Below are positions 47,019 through 57,132 of a stretch of DNA of 64,000 nt, in pieces. The notes beneath the pieces were generated by a model, which worked only from the letters and a program-made list of their open reading frames with translations, was not told the DNA's origin and made no database searches. How positions within the stretch are numbered: the stretch's first letter is position 1; every line of letters begins with the position of its first letter. The stretch covers positions 3,552,001 through 3,616,000 of the forward strand of contig OZ244960.1 of the NCBI GenBank assembly GCA_965222605.1. The letters run 5' to 3'. Both the position numbers and the translations under genes were made by a program. This stretch comes from Candidatus Latescibacterota bacterium. GTDB taxonomy: Bacteria > Latescibacterota > UBA2968.

Positions 47019-47795
47019 CTAATCTAAACTCCGGTTATTCGGTCCGAAAAGGGAAGCCCCCGAGTTAGGGGATTCCACTACTTTGAGTGTGTAGGCAATG
47101 CGGGCGTAGTAGAAAGTGCTCAGCCCCTCAAAGCCAGAGTCGGTACCGACGATCAGCCAGAGCCCGCCCTTGCTGTCAGTCGTGACAGTCACTGGATTAT
47201 CGGCGTTGTCAAGAGACTTGAGCCGGAACTCTTCGCCGCTAACCTCGGGATAAGCGACGTTTCCCAGAACGACCATTGACGCGCCGCCGTTGGACTGGTT
47301 TCCCTTGTCGATGTTCATTCTGAGGTTTTCCCCCTCTGCTACGGGTTCAACGGTAGATGCTCCCGCTTTTACGTACACGCTCTCGCCGGGAGAGCCACCG
47401 ATGCCAAAGGTGTTGGACGGAACGTTGGTCGCCAGGTCAAGGGACGCGAATACCGCGTAGGTCGCATCTGCCCTGAGCCCGTCAATCCGCCTCTTAAAAA
47501 ACATGAAAAGGTCGTCGCTGCGATTATGTCCCTGTATGTAGAGACCATTGCCGTCGAGGCCTGGTGGAAGAGGGCGATAACCAGAGTCGAGTTCGTAGAT
47601 CGATGGCTCGAAGTTGGCGGGAAGGTCGGCAAATCCGGCCGTCCAGCCTTCGGCATCGCTTTGAAAAGTAAAGCTGAACTCAGCCTCGGTTGCACCCTGC
47701 GTGGAGGTACAGGATGTAATCGTCAGGTAGGCTATAAGAACAATGACCCCCACATGCCCCTGTGCTGGCGTAAACGCCGCATGTTGTGCATTCAT
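47019..47795 (-). CDS. Exported/lipoprotein hypothetical protein
   Basis: Hydrophobic N-terminus ending ITSC; beta-rich body. Confidence 0.55.
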   Translation of the reverse strand: MNAQHAAFTPAQGHVGVIVLIAYLTITSCTSTQGATEAEFSFTFQSDAEGWTAGFADLPANFEPSIYELDSGYRPLPPGLDGNGLYIQGHNRSDDLFMFFKRRIDGLRADATYAVFASLDLATNVPSNTFGIGGSPGESVYVKAGASTVEPVAEGENLRMNIDKGNQSNGGASMVVLGNVAYPEVSGEEFRLKSLDNADNPVTVTTDSKGGLWLIVGTDSGFEGLSTFYYARIAYTLKVVESPNSGASLFGPNNRSLD

Positions 47796-47873
47796 CAGAC
47801 CTTACCCACTTCAAGAGACGCCTCGTACCCCTCATTATTGAGGTAGATAGCAAATTGTCGTGTCATATTTTCT

Positions 47874-49826
47874 TTATTCAGGCCGTTCCCGCACCATTTC
47901 ATGCCCTTCGAGAATATCGTAGGCAATCGCGCCCTGGCTCTGGTCGGGGGGGGCGATGTCGAAGATGTGGCAAAGGGTGGGGACGACGTCGGCGGCGTGG
48001 ATGTAGCCGAGTTTGTCGGTGGGGCGTTCGTAGCCTTTTTTGATACCGGGACCCGATAGGAAAAAAGAACCAAAGCTGGATGAGATGTCGCTGCGCGTGG
48101 GGATGAAGCCGCCGTGGTGTGCGCCGAAGACTTCGGGTGCGCCTACGCAGCCGCCCCCCACAATGCCTTGCCACTGGCCGTAGTACCCGCTGACGAACCC
48201 GTGATCCCAGGCGAAAATGACATCGCCGCACTGGTCGCCCCATTGCCCGAGTATGTACGCGTCGCGTCTGGGCAGGGCGATGGCAACGACATTGCGATCG
48301 ATTTCTTCATCGACCCAGGTGCGAAGGGCGAGGAGGACATCGCGTTCGATTTTGTCGAATTTGGGACCGGGTTCGGCGTTGATCCAGATGTCGAATCCCT
48401 TGTCATCTTTAAGGTAGGCGCGGGTTTTTTCAAAGTCGATTTCGCGTTCCAGGACTTCATCGCGCTCGACACCGTCGCTGGCGTCTTCTTTCAGGACGGT
48501 AAATCCACTGTCGTGCAGGAATTTTCGGATATTGGCGATGCGCACATCTGGTGAGGCACCGTGATCGGAAAGCACGCCGACATAAGTGGTATCATCGGCG
48601 GCATCCCACATCCGTTTTAAAATTTTGTCGCCAACGATGTAGGCTTTGCGGAAAAGGTGCATGACATCGTCGGCTTTGTCGGGGTCGTAAGCCGGGCAAA
48701 CCGGATCGACGCCGTCGAGGTGGATGTGGTTGATGTAGTCGTAGAGATGCCAGTGACAGATAAAGAAACTGGCATCTTTTTTGTGGAGCATATAATTGGC
48801 TACGTCGGCAAACCAGAGGCCCTGATATTCGCATTCTTCAAGGGCGGTGTCATAGTCGGTCATGCCAGAGGTGTAGGGTGTCATGGAGGCGTGTTCTTGA
48901 TAGGGGCCAAAGCGCTGGATGAGTTCGTCGGCGAGGTCATCTGGATATGTGAAACCATCGCCATAAGTGATCTGAGAGCGGTAGAGCTTGAGATGGGAGC
49001 CATCGGGTTCGAGTTCGAGGAGTTTGAAGCGCACAGAGGCGCGTTGTTCGCGGCTTTCGATGCGGAAGGGTTCGATGGCCCAGTTGCTCCACGCGCCCGT
49101 GCTGGCTTCGGCGATGTGGTCGTCGCCATTTTGGGATCGGCAGACGCGCAGTGTGTCGTATCCGCTGTTGGATTTGGCAAAGACGAGCAGGTGAAAGCGG
49201 TTGATGTCGCCACCGAGGCGCGCGTGGATTTCAATGGTGGAAGCGAGGGGCGGGGCAGCGCTTTGCGGAAGATTTGTCCAGTCCTTTGCAGGCGATAGTG
49301 CTGGGATGGGTTCTATGCTTCGCTGTCTTCGGCGAACGGCTGTGCCGTCGTGGTCCATTTGTACGATTTCTTCGACGTGTTCGGCGGTGGTATAAGCCTG
49401 TGCTGCGGCGATTTCATAGTCGGTGCTGGCGTGCCCGGGGTGACCAAATCCGTCGATTACATATCCTTTTTCCACGCCTGATGGATGCGCTGCCGGATAG
49501 TGCAGGGCAACGCCTTTGCGCCCTTCGCGCTCGAGGGCGTTCCACAAGCGTTGGGCATTGTTGGCGCGACCGTCAAAAGAGTTGACGCGTTCGCCGGGAC
49601 CTACTTCAACGCGCCAGCGCGAGACACTGTGTGTGCCGGTGTGTGCGCCGGTGGAGAGGGTTGCCCAGTTGGTGGGTGTCCAGACGGGGAAGGAGGGAAA
49701 GGTTTCGTTGACTGCGCCTTCGTCGAGCATGCGTTTAAAAGTTGGGAGAACGCCTTCGTCGGCAAAGTATTTCATCATGGGGGTGATGAAGCCGTCCATG
49801 CCGTAGGCGATGATTTTTTTTGACAT
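47874..49826 (-). CDS. Alkaline phosphatase superfamily / type I phosphodiesterase
   Basis: YGMDG, FPVWTPTNWATLSTG, LSDHG, GAHH. Confidence 0.8.
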   Translation of the reverse strand: MSKKIIAYGMDGFITPMMKYFADEGVLPTFKRMLDEGAVNETFPSFPVWTPTNWATLSTGAHTGTHSVSRWRVEVGPGERVNSFDGRANNAQRLWNALEREGRKGVALHYPAAHPSGVEKGYVIDGFGHPGHASTDYEIAAAQAYTTAEHVEEIVQMDHDGTAVRRRQRSIEPIPALSPAKDWTNLPQSAAPPLASTIEIHARLGGDINRFHLLVFAKSNSGYDTLRVCRSQNGDDHIAEASTGAWSNWAIEPFRIESREQRASVRFKLLELEPDGSHLKLYRSQITYGDGFTYPDDLADELIQRFGPYQEHASMTPYTSGMTDYDTALEECEYQGLWFADVANYMLHKKDASFFICHWHLYDYINHIHLDGVDPVCPAYDPDKADDVMHLFRKAYIVGDKILKRMWDAADDTTYVGVLSDHGASPDVRIANIRKFLHDSGFTVLKEDASDGVERDEVLEREIDFEKTRAYLKDDKGFDIWINAEPGPKFDKIERDVLLALRTWVDEEIDRNVVAIALPRRDAYILGQWGDQCGDVIFAWDHGFVSGYYGQWQGIVGGGCVGAPEVFGAHHGGFIPTRSDISSSFGSFFLSGPGIKKGYERPTDKLGYIHAADVVPTLCHIFDIAPPDQSQGAIAYDILEGHEMVRERPE

Positions 49827-49843
49827 GAGAATTCCTTTGTTAG

Positions 49844-51550
49844 CCCGAAAAATTCATAAAAAAGGTAGTTTCCCTATTCAAGTTATTGTATTATATTAGG
49901 TTATACGCATAACCATTGAACAATGAACTTGGGAGAAACTACCGTGAGCACACAAGATAATCATTGCAAGGTTCCTTTGGCAAGCATTTTCGGCAAACGT
50001 CTCAACCTCGCCTTTGATGGGGGTATTCTCACCAGCGATAGCGGAGCCTTATTGCTTCGAGAAGTGGAGGCCAAAACGGGTATTTTATCACGTTTGAGTC
50101 GCGCGATTAAAGACCATCGGCATCAAAGTTATGTGGCGCATAGCACGGCAGAGTTGATCAAACAGCGCGTGTTTCAAATTGCCTGTGGGTATGAAGATGC
50201 CAATGATTGCAATGCCTTACGCAGCGATCCCGGCTTCAAGGTTGCCTGTGATCGCTTGCCCATAAGTGGTGAGAACTTGGCCAGTCAACCCACGATGAGT
50301 CGGTTTGAGAATCAGATGAGCAGAAGCGATTTGTATCGCGTTGCTCGTGCCTTTGTCGATTGTTTTATTGCTTCGTATAAAAAGCCGCCTTCGTCGATCA
50401 TCTTAGATATTGATGATACGCAGGATAGGGTTTATGGGACGCAGCAGTTGTCCTTATTCAATGGGTATTTGGGTGCCTACTCCTACCAGCCTTTGCATAT
50501 TTATGAAGGGCAATCGGGCAAGCTAATCACGACGATTTTACGTCCGGGTGTGCGTCCTGATGGCAAACAGATTGTCACCATTCTCAAGCGGTTAGTCGCT
50601 TATATTCGTCAGGCTTGGCCAAAGGTGGCACTCTTTTTGCGAGGCGATGCCCACTTCTCAAGTCCAGAAGTCCAGGACTTTTGTGCGACAAAGGACCTCT
50701 TTTTTATCCTCGGACAAAGTGCCAATACCCGACTCTTAGCCCTTTCAAAGCCCCTGATGGATCAGACCAAAAGCCTTTATGCACAAACCGGCAAGCCCGT
50801 GCGACTTTTTACCTCATTTTATTACCAAGCCCAGACTTGGGCCTGTGCCAGACGCATCTTATGCAAAGCTGAAATCACCACCCGAGGCCAAAACACACGC
50901 TTTGTCGTGACCAACCTTGAAAGTTCAAGGGCCTCCTTTATCTACCAAAATATCTATTGTGCGCGCGGACAGATGGAAAACTTCATTAAAAATCACAAAA
51001 CCTTTCTCCACTCAGACCGCACGTCCTGTCACGCTTTTGGAGCCAATCAGTTCCGCCTCTTCCTCCATTCGGCTGCCTATGTCTTGTTGCACACCTTAGC
51101 GCACATCGGATTACAAGGCACAACGTGGATAAACGCACAGGTCAATACCCTCCAAAATCGTTTCCTTAAAGTCGCCGGACGCGTCTGTGAGTTGAAAACA
51201 AAGATCACCTTCCATCTGCCTATGTCATTTCCATTGCCACACCTTTTTGATAAAATCCTGTGCAATCTGGCAAAGGCGGTGCCATAACCCATCAACGGGG
51301 AAGGAATAGGGGTCTGTCCCATCACTTGCTGACTTTACAAATACACGGACTTATCCACAGACAGGACTGGCAAGGGACCGGTCTGTACTTTTGACACTGG
51401 CAGAGCCTGTCAGGGGACGATTTGGGCTGCTTGAACTCTATGAAGACGCCTATGACGGCAGACAAGATAGAAAGCACCCTCATTTTGATGCTTGGAACCG
51501 ATGCCGCCTGACAAACAACCCCAACCATTACAGTTCATGAATTAGTCGGG
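49844..51550 (+). mobile_element. IS1380-family insertion sequence
   Basis: IR cccgaaaaattcataaa / ttcatgaattagtcggg (14/17); 4-bp TSD TTAG at 49840-49843 and 51551-51554. Confidence 0.85.
49923..51287 (+). CDS. IS1380-family transposase
   Basis: FDGGILTSDSG, GYEDAND, LASQPTMSR, LDIDDT, RGDAHF, YCARGQMENFIK. Confidence 0.92.
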   Translation: MNLGETTVSTQDNHCKVPLASIFGKRLNLAFDGGILTSDSGALLLREVEAKTGILSRLSRAIKDHRHQSYVAHSTAELIKQRVFQIACGYEDANDCNALRSDPGFKVACDRLPISGENLASQPTMSRFENQMSRSDLYRVARAFVDCFIASYKKPPSSIILDIDDTQDRVYGTQQLSLFNGYLGAYSYQPLHIYEGQSGKLITTILRPGVRPDGKQIVTILKRLVAYIRQAWPKVALFLRGDAHFSSPEVQDFCATKDLFFILGQSANTRLLALSKPLMDQTKSLYAQTGKPVRLFTSFYYQAQTWACARRILCKAEITTRGQNTRFVVTNLESSRASFIYQNIYCARGQMENFIKNHKTFLHSDRTSCHAFGANQFRLFLHSAAYVLLHTLAHIGLQGTTWINAQVNTLQNRFLKVAGRVCELKTKITFHLPMSFPLPHLFDKILCNLAKAVP

Positions 51551-51620
51551 TTAGAGGTTAAGTTGGTTTCTTTTTTTATTTTCTTCGAGGCGGACTGTTA
51601 AAATATAGTCCAGAACCTGA

Positions 51621-51651
51621 AAAAAACACTCCGGCAAATATTGTCGGAGTG
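51621..51651 (-). terminator. Intrinsic terminator (minus strand)
   Basis: cactccggca-aatat-tgtcggagtg hairpin preceded by an A-tract on the plus strand. Confidence 0.6.
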
Positions 51652-51782
51652 CTTCTTCATTTTTCTTTTCACACTATTCAGCTTTCCAGCACCTTGTCGC
51701 CTCAGGGGATTTTCTTTAGGTCTAATGCCGTTTAGCATCCGGCGTTGCTTCAAGCCGACAAACGACAAGAATATCCCTGTGT

Positions 51783-52320
51783 TCATATAACAATGCTTTT
51801 GGAAGTCGTTGTATATGACTCCCATATCACCCGATTTTTCTTAATACCTGATTGCGACCAGTGCTGGCCTATGGATTGGATAAAGTCTGGTCGCACCAAT
51901 TTGGCTCTTTGCATCAGCCAATTGTCCTGATCAAGTCTAAGATAAAGACCCTCTGCCAACCCATCGCCCAGTTTTGAAAACGATAGTAGTTCTTCTATAG
52001 ATGAAAATGTGAAGTAGCCATGTTCAAGGAATGGGACTTTACTTATTCCCATCTCCCGAAAAAATGCATCGCGTTTATCTCTTGGCAGGAAGTGACCAAC
52101 TTGTTTGTCATAGATGTCAAAACCAAGAAACCAATCTGGTAATCGGTCATAAAAGACCGAATGCTGAGCATAGCACCATTCACCAAATAGGATATAGTGG
52201 TCTGTCAAATGGTCAAAAAGAATGTCCTCTTTTGGGGATAGCCATTCTAATAATTTTTTCCATTGTCCCAAACCTGGAAGGGATAAGTACGCCCCCCGAT
52301 TTTGAGCGCGGATATTTCCA
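51783..52320 (-). pseudogene. RNA ligase family protein lacking its N-terminus
   Basis: GNIRAQNRG, LFGEWCYAQHS, GFDIYD, AEGLYLR, RAKLVRPDF present; motif I (EKxDG) absent. Confidence 0.7.
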
Positions 52321-52569
52321 TAGATGTGTCAAGAGCCACTTGAGAAAGGCGTCGCCTACCCCGGGTTGGCCGGACGAGTTTAATTGCCCCTCATACTCTC
52401 TCATAATGGCCCACTGATTATCCACCACTACGCAGCATCTATCCCTAATGCCTTCAATTACCTGGATACAGGTATCTATACAATCTTCGTCTGCATGAAT
52501 TGCCTTGCGGTTCGCCACAAGGGCGACATTAGTATCTATAACAACATTCTTCTTAGGTAAGTTATTCAT
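52213..52569 (-). pseudogene. PIN-like protein truncated by a deletion joining it to the RNA ligase gene
   Basis: VVIDTNVALVAN...GQPGVGDAFLKWLL then out-of-frame RNA ligase sequence. Confidence 0.6.
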
Positions 52570-54070
52570 TTGTCTCCCCATAGCCCTGAGTGTTTTGTTG
52601 CCTCCGCTTTTTTGTCGCCGCCTTGGCTTGCTCGAGAATGTCTCCCATCTCATCGCCAAAAAAGTTCTCCGGCCAGTTCTGTATATTGCCAAACTCGTCT
52701 ATTTTTAAATGCTCCAGCTTAGCTGGGGGAGCATTGATATTGGCGAAGTAGGCTGATACATTATCTTCAGACAAGCGGCCCTCGGCTATTCGTCTTTGCA
52801 ATCGCCGGAGGAAATGTTCAGAGTGGGTTTCAATGATCAACTGAATATTTCTTTTTTTGTAATCTGTTCTGAGAGATCTTTTAACTTGGGTACCGAACCT
52901 CTCTTCGTACGTTTTTTCAAAAATCAATCTGGAATTGATGACATCAATCATCACATCGGCTAAAGCCGCTTGTGCATAGGGATGAAGGTGAATTTCCGGT
53001 TGGTCTATCAGGATGATAGATCCTTCAGGTGCATAGAAACACTGCACGAGCACCGGTAGCACTTGCGAGATACCGAACCCAACATCTGGAAGTTCCACCC
53101 AGGTCTTTGATCCCTTAGTACGTATCTGGACGCCATAAACTTGCTTGGTAATTTGTTGTACCCTGAATTGCTCAATTAGGCCCATCTTTTGGAGTTCATA
53201 AGCAATGACCTCCTCAAATGACCTTTTCTGAATTTTTTCTATGGGAGGGAGCACAATTTCACGGTCTCGAGCCGCCACAATTGCCGCGATAGTATCTTCG
53301 CCTTGGTATCCCACACTTTCTGGATCGGTATAGTAATACGACGAACGCTCCGATTTGGCACGAAGTGGGCCAAGATAAAAAAGATCTCTAAACAGTTCTT
53401 CATGCTGATAATGGACCCCTGTGACAAAATCATAGATGTTTGCATAGGCGGTAAAAACCTCAGGAGGGAAACCGTAAAAATGGACAGGAGTACCCAAATT
53501 CACATCCTCTTGCTTCTGCTTTTCTAACTTGAAGTTAGAAGATTCAATCTCATACTTTGAGGATGTATGGGGCTTTCGCTTCATCCCAAGGGAACACTGG
53601 ATTTCCCCATCCTTGAACAAAGTGTATTTAAAACCCCGGGTGACTGGAAGATAAGAAGTCTCAGGTGTAGACTTCAGATCAGTAGTGTATTGAGTCTCTT
53701 CATGGGGAACAATTTCTGCTTGAAAGGCCAAATCATTATAGGAAGACATTTTATGGAGACGATCATAAGATGTAGCACGCGAACTATTTCGTGACCACTG
53801 ATACTTAAAATTAATGTTAATTCCTTTTGGTTTTCGCCCAAAGACCATTTCTTCGTACGAGCCCAGTTGAACTGCCGAATTTCTCTCACCTGAATAAAAT
53901 ACCGCTGTTTGGGCAGGTGATTCAATCGTCTGTTTGAGCATCATCAGGAACTGGCCTATACTGGACTTACCGGAACTGTTGGCACCAAAGAAAAGAGTAA
54001 TAGGGGCAAGGTCAATTTCGCCAGTATCCTCCCAAACCTTGAAGTTTTGGATTCGCAATTTCTTTAGCAT
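52562..54070 (-). CDS. AAA_21/ABC-like ATPase with DUF3696-type C-terminus
   Basis: IQNFK, FGANSSGKS, VGFGISQVLP, DQPEIHLHP, ETHSEH, WPENFF. Confidence 0.85.
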   Translation of the reverse strand: MLKKLRIQNFKVWEDTGEIDLAPITLFFGANSSGKSSIGQFLMMLKQTIESPAQTAVFYSGERNSAVQLGSYEEMVFGRKPKGININFKYQWSRNSSRATSYDRLHKMSSYNDLAFQAEIVPHEETQYTTDLKSTPETSYLPVTRGFKYTLFKDGEIQCSLGMKRKPHTSSKYEIESSNFKLEKQKQEDVNLGTPVHFYGFPPEVFTAYANIYDFVTGVHYQHEELFRDLFYLGPLRAKSERSSYYYTDPESVGYQGEDTIAAIVAARDREIVLPPIEKIQKRSFEEVIAYELQKMGLIEQFRVQQITKQVYGVQIRTKGSKTWVELPDVGFGISQVLPVLVQCFYAPEGSIILIDQPEIHLHPYAQAALADVMIDVINSRLIFEKTYEERFGTQVKRSLRTDYKKRNIQLIIETHSEHFLRRLQRRIAEGRLSEDNVSAYFANINAPPAKLEHLKIDEFGNIQNWPENFFGDEMGDILEQAKAATKKRRQQNTQGYGETNE

Positions 54071-54239
54071 ATTTTTTCCTTCATTCTGTTTATCGCTTGT
54101 AAGTCATTTATCTTCAACCCTTTTTGTCTAAAGATACATAATATCCAAATACAAATAGGATTTGGAAAAAAGTAGCATCCAACCCCTTAAAAAGCAAGCA
54201 GAATTAGAAATAGAATCCAACTAAGGGGTGAGACAGTTT

Positions 54240-54977
54240 CTAAATAGGTCGTCGCGTGAGGCTAAAGGTTTGAGCGGTGGGTCCCCCGTCGGGTTGAGTG
54301 GCTAAAAAGAGCGCGAGTGGGACGACATCTTCGGGTGCTTTGACGACTTCGCTGGGCGCGAAGGGCGGTGGACCGCCTACTCTCATGCGATCGCCGGTAA
54401 GACGTGTGGCTACCGGGCCGGGGATGAGCTCGTTGACTGTGATGTTATGTTCCCAGACTTCTTCTGATAGGCACTGGGTGAACATCCACATGCCGGCTTT
54501 GCCAACGTGATACGCAGAACTGCTCGCTGTGGGACGGTGGCCCATACCCGATCCCACGTTGATGACTCTGCCACCGCCAGATTCAATCATGAGGGGTAGC
54601 AGGGCGCGCGAGACGAGGTAGGCGCTGATGCAGTTTACCGTGACGTCTTCGATCCAGACATCGGGGTCGCTGTCGAGGATGCTGTTGCGCTCTATGCCGC
54701 CACCCGCGTTGTTGACGAGGATGTCCAGGCGGCCAAATTCTCCGCGGACTTTTTCTTTTAGTGCATCTACGCTCTGGCGATTGGTGACATCGGTGGATAC
54801 GGATAGGACATTGCGACCGAGGGCGCGAATTTCTTCGGCAACGGCATTGAGTTGTTCGCTGGTGCGAGAGGCGAGTATGAGGTCGGCTCCTTCTGTGGCA
54901 AAGGCAATGGCAATGGCGCGGCCAATACCCCGCCCACTGCCGGTGACGAGCGCGATTTTTCCGGTGAGTTGTGGCAT
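54240..54977 (-). CDS. SDR family oxidoreductase
   Basis: TGSGRGIG, NNAG, YHVGK. Confidence 0.9.
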   Translation of the reverse strand: MPQLTGKIALVTGSGRGIGRAIAIAFATEGADLILASRTSEQLNAVAEEIRALGRNVLSVSTDVTNRQSVDALKEKVRGEFGRLDILVNNAGGGIERNSILDSDPDVWIEDVTVNCISAYLVSRALLPLMIESGGGRVINVGSGMGHRPTASSSAYHVGKAGMWMFTQCLSEEVWEHNITVNELIPGPVATRLTGDRMRVGGPPPFAPSEVVKAPEDVVPLALFLATQPDGGPTAQTFSLTRRPI

Positions 54978-54998
54978 GCGGTCTCCTTAGAAGCTGTT

Positions 54999-56123
54999 TT
55001 ACCAATCAACGACTGATCCGTCATCGGGGTGAAGAGATCTTTGATTGTTCCAGTCGTGGCCAATTTTGTCTTCCATTTTGTCGTCGTCGAGTTCAATGCC
55101 AAGGCCGGGACCTTTGGGCAATTCGACGTAGCCGTCTTTGAATTGGAACGGTTCTTTGAGATAGTCTTCGCCAAACATGGTGTGTTCTTGCGCGAGGAAG
55201 TTGGGTATGCTGGCGTCGAGTTGGATGCAGGCGGCTAATGAAATGGGGCCGAGCGGACAGTGCGGCGCAACGGCTGCGTAATAGGATTCGGCCATGCCTG
55301 CGATTAGACGGGTTTCGAAGATGCCGCCAGCGTGTGACAGGTCGGGTTGTATGATGGAACAGGCGCGTTTTTCGAGGAGGTCGCGGAAGCCCCATTTGGT
55401 GAAGATGCGTTCTCCTGTTGCGATGGGCAAGTGGGTTTTGCGCGCGAGTTCTGCCATGCCTTCCACGTCTTGACACTGGATGGGTTCTTCGACAAACATC
55501 GGCTGGTAGGGTTCGAGTGCTTTGATGAGTATGGCAGCGGTTTGTGGTGATATGGCACCGTGAAAGTCGATGGCGATGTCAAAGTCCGGCCCGCCCGCTT
55601 CGCGCATGGCGGCAAATGTTTCGACGGCGTGATCGATAAAGGCCGGGTTTTCGACGATGCGCGCCGGACGAATTTTGGCCGGGCCGGTCTTTATGGCGAT
55701 AAATCCCTGTTCTTTGCGCTCTTTTACCGCGGCAGCAGCCTGTTCGGGTGTGCCGCCTCCCCCCGTGCCTTTGTACATTTTGATGCGGTCGCGCAAGGGA
55801 CCGCCGAGCATTTCATAGACGGGCATGTTTGCGGCTTTCCCTGCGAGATCCCAAAGTGCTTGTTCGACACCGGATAGGGCGCTGGTGAGAATGGGGCCGC
55901 CGCGATAGAATGCATGGCGATACATGGCCTGCCAGTGATGTACCACGCGACGGGGATCTTTGCCGATGAGATAGGGCGCGAGTTCGGCTACGGCTTGAGC
56001 GCAGGTGAGGGCGCGTCCTTCCAGGATGGGTTCGCCAAGGCCAACGAGGCCCTCGTCTGTGTGCATTTTGAGAAAGAGCCAGCGCGGTTTGACGAGAAAG
56101 GTTTCGAGTTTGGTGATTTTCAT
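54999..56123 (-). CDS. dgoD: Galactonate dehydratase (enolase superfamily)
   Basis: PRWLFLK, FYRGGPIL, IDFHG, FVEEP, ATGER, IQPDLSHAGG, APHCPLGP, GSVVDW. Confidence 0.85.
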   Translation of the reverse strand: MKITKLETFLVKPRWLFLKMHTDEGLVGLGEPILEGRALTCAQAVAELAPYLIGKDPRRVVHHWQAMYRHAFYRGGPILTSALSGVEQALWDLAGKAANMPVYEMLGGPLRDRIKMYKGTGGGGTPEQAAAAVKERKEQGFIAIKTGPAKIRPARIVENPAFIDHAVETFAAMREAGGPDFDIAIDFHGAISPQTAAILIKALEPYQPMFVEEPIQCQDVEGMAELARKTHLPIATGERIFTKWGFRDLLEKRACSIIQPDLSHAGGIFETRLIAGMAESYYAAVAPHCPLGPISLAACIQLDASIPNFLAQEHTMFGEDYLKEPFQFKDGYVELPKGPGLGIELDDDKMEDKIGHDWNNQRSLHPDDGSVVDW

Positions 56124-56142
56124 GTTAACTCCTTCAGGGTAA

Positions 56143-56967
56143 TCAATCACACAAATATGCGATGAGAGTTTCTTGTTCTCGGTATTCTGGGATGATGATA
56201 TCTGCACCGACTTCGATGAGGCGGTTCCGCTTCCAGGCATTGATGCCTTCGCGTTTGACTTCGTCTGATGCGACACCAATAGCGGTACCTCCCACGGCTT
56301 TTACGTTTTCGATTTCAACGTATCCATCTCCAAAACCCAGCAGTTCGGAACCGTCTATGGCATGGGTTTCGAGCATGTTCTGAATGACCATGGCTTTGGA
56401 AAAATTTTCGTGCTGATCCAGCGCACCAAAGACGCGGTCTTCAAAGTAGGCTGTAAGGCCCAGTAATTCGACTTCGCGGCGGACAAAGACGAGATCGGTG
56501 CCGCTGGCTAAATAAAGCATCAGGCCGCGTTCGGTCAGGTTGTCGAGCAGGGCGCGGGTATGGGGTAGCATGAGATCGTTGGGAGCAATATCGCCCGTTT
56601 CGAGGCCGCGAATGCGATGGGCTATGTGGGCGTTGAGCAGGTCGTGAAAGCGCTGTTTGTAGGTGAGCGGATCGTCTGGTGTGCCACCGCGTTTTTGGAT
56701 TTCTCGGCATAGTTGAATCATCTGGTAGATGGTTTGCTTGCCGGTGAGGCGGTCGATAAATTCGGTGACCAGAGCGCGATGTTCCGCTTCGGTTTCACCG
56801 GTGTTGAGTTCGGAGAGCACTTCGACCATCAAGGGAATCATGATTTCGCGCCAGCCCTGGCGAATGAGCGATAATGTGCCGTCAAAATCAAAAAGCACTG
56901 AGCGATAATGCCCCCGGGGGATATATGTTGCAATGATTTCAATGTTGCCGATGTGTGCGTGACCCAT
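56143..56967 (-). CDS. HAD-superfamily hydrolase
   Basis: FDFDGT, LASGT, GFGDGYVE. Confidence 0.85.
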   Translation of the reverse strand: MGHAHIGNIEIIATYIPRGHYRSVLFDFDGTLSLIRQGWREIMIPLMVEVLSELNTGETEAEHRALVTEFIDRLTGKQTIYQMIQLCREIQKRGGTPDDPLTYKQRFHDLLNAHIAHRIRGLETGDIAPNDLMLPHTRALLDNLTERGLMLYLASGTDLVFVRREVELLGLTAYFEDRVFGALDQHENFSKAMVIQNMLETHAIDGSELLGFGDGYVEIENVKAVGGTAIGVASDEVKREGINAWKRNRLIEVGADIIIPEYREQETLIAYLCD

Positions 56968-57132
56968 AAATTTATTTTCCTGTTGGATGGTGGTCAATAA
57001 AGGGATTCGCGCTTCAAAAATCAAGTGCGTAATGAGTGGTGATTACTGACCAAATGTGTTTGAAAATTTTGGAATCTCCGTTATATTGTAACACTGGCCC
57101 AAACTGGATTTTTAACAAAAAAGGCGCGATGA

